Shown here: piece by piece, positions 36,329-37,146 of the stretch
How the letters are laid out: every line of letters begins with the position of its first letter
Position numbering within the stretch: position 1 is the stretch's first letter
Virus record (IMG/VR): IMGVR_UViG_2684622543_000013
Origin: a virus
Lineage: Duplodnaviria > Heunggongvirae > Uroviricota > Caudoviricetes
DNA length: 37,146 nt
Direction: 5' to 3' (one strand)
Translations under genes and position numbers: made by a program
The notes under the pieces: generated by a model
What the model saw: only the letters and a program-made list of their open reading frames with translations
Told to the model about the DNA's origin: nothing
The model's database searches: none

Positions 36329-36714
36329 GCGACCTGAATCAGTTTCGCAGTAAAGGGCCGGAACTGTTGGTGGAGCTGGCACAACATACCTCTGAGACCG
36401 TCCAGGAAATTATTGATATTGAACTGGGAATTGCCGACCAGATTGGTCAGGCCGTCGCAAACCGCATGATGCAGGTCTGGGGCGGGCAAAACGTCTATTT
36501 TCCGATGGGTATGGTATGGCGGGTCAGCCAGCGTGACAGAGAAATATTTAACGAATTCGACGGGCGTAACCATCACGAGCTGGCCCGTAAATTTGGTGTT
36601 TCGCTACAGTGGATTTACAGTGTGGTGAAGCGGGTCAGAAAAGAAGAATTGGATCGGATGCAGGGCAAACTGTTTGATGGTGAATCCGATGCAGACACGG
36701 GGAAAAAGGAGTAG
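36325..36714 (+). CDS. mor: Mor/C-family transcriptional activator; start taken at ATG 36325 with GGGGAGGA ribosome-binding site
   Basis: Translation ...GGQNVYFPMG...RDREIFNEFDGRNHHELARKFGVSLQWIYSVVKRVRKEE matches the Mor/C family (C-terminal HTH). Confidence 0.8.
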   Translation: MSDLNQFRSKGPELLVELAQHTSETVQEIIDIELGIADQIGQAVANRMMQVWGGQNVYFPMGMVWRVSQRDREIFNEFDGRNHHELARKFGVSLQWIYSVVKRVRKEELDRMQGKLFDGESDADTGKKE

Positions 36715-36743
36715 AATCCACAATCAGACTGGTTCGATTTCTG

Positions 36744-36795
<52 letters not shown>

Positions 36796-36826
36796 ATCCA
36801 GTCTTTTCCCACATTGACCCGGTTCT

Positions 36827-36875
36827 TCCCATAATTATCTCACTTATCCCCTGTCATTTATCTCAAGTCTAATCA
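36827..36875. repeat. Right terminal inverted repeat of the transposable phage (motif copies AATTATCTC 36833-36841 and ATTTATCTC 36856-36864)
   Basis: Reverse complement TGATTAGACTTGAGATAAATGACAGGGGATAAGTGAGATAATTATGG aligns with the left end 842-890. Confidence 0.7.
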
Positions 36876-36881
36876 GCTCGC
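36876..36881. repeat. Right copy of the 6-bp target-site duplication GCTCGC
   Basis: Identical to 836-841; both copies are IS2 sequence. Confidence 0.75.
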
Positions 36882-36957
36882 CACGGGAATATCTGCGGCA
36901 GCGGGCTTGTAATGGGTTAAGTGATAACAGATGTCTGGAAATATAGGGGCAAATCCA
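36876..36957 (+). mobile_element. 3' terminal segment of IS2 including its right inverted repeat (ends ...GGGGCAAATCCA at 36957)
   Basis: Sequence GCTCGCCACGGGAATATCTGCGGCAGCGGGCTTGTAATGGGTTAAGTGATAACAGATGTCTGGAAATATAGGGGCAAATCCA recognised as the IS2 right end; continues the reading frame broken at 841. Confidence 0.85.
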
Positions 36958-37146
36958 CTTACGCTTATCTTCTCTTATTTTGAAATACAGATTCGTCAGA
37001 TAAGTCAGAAGCCCCAGAAGCAGACTTCCCAGCACACCAATCGCAGCCCACTGTGATGGACTGACCTGATCCAACCACTGCAAAAACCAGTAGCCGGCAC
37101 TGCCGGCGGAGGTGCCGTAGGCAATGCCTGTTGATATTTTTTCCAT
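36958..37146 (-). pseudogene. S21-type pinholin gene of a different (lambdoid-type) prophage; the last few codons are displaced by the IS2 insertion, giving a reading frame that runs into the IS2 inverted repeat
   Basis: Translation [63 protein letters not shown] matches the phage 21 pinholin family; the ORF continues through IS2 sequence to 36844. Confidence 0.75.

Overview
The window is almost entirely one complete Mu-like transposable prophage (about 36.0 kb, 842-36875) inserted into a copy of IS2, which itself sits at the 3' end of an S21-type pinholin gene from another prophage. The element has matching imperfect terminal inverted repeats with TG...CA tips and is flanked by a 6-bp direct duplication of IS2 sequence (GCTCGC). 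Its layout is divergent around a central switch region (25.7-28.7 kb): the late lysis, head and tail genes run leftward on the minus strand down to a Gin-type invertase with a 2.2-kb invertible tail-fibre segment, and the early genes run rightward on the plus strand (Ner-like regulator, DDE transposase, AAA+ transposition ATPase, GemA-like, Mor-like). The most interesting feature is an AT-rich two-gene cassette immediately downstream of the repressor gene and co-oriented with it (a 297-aa soluble protein plus a 4-helix membrane protein). Its position and architecture mirror lambda cI-rexA-rexB, so it is a candidate lysogen-expressed phage-exclusion or abortive-infection module; this is inference from architecture, not demonstrated homology. 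All protein assignments are from reading the translations by eye; no database searches were run. No rRNA, tRNA or CRISPR arrays were recognised.
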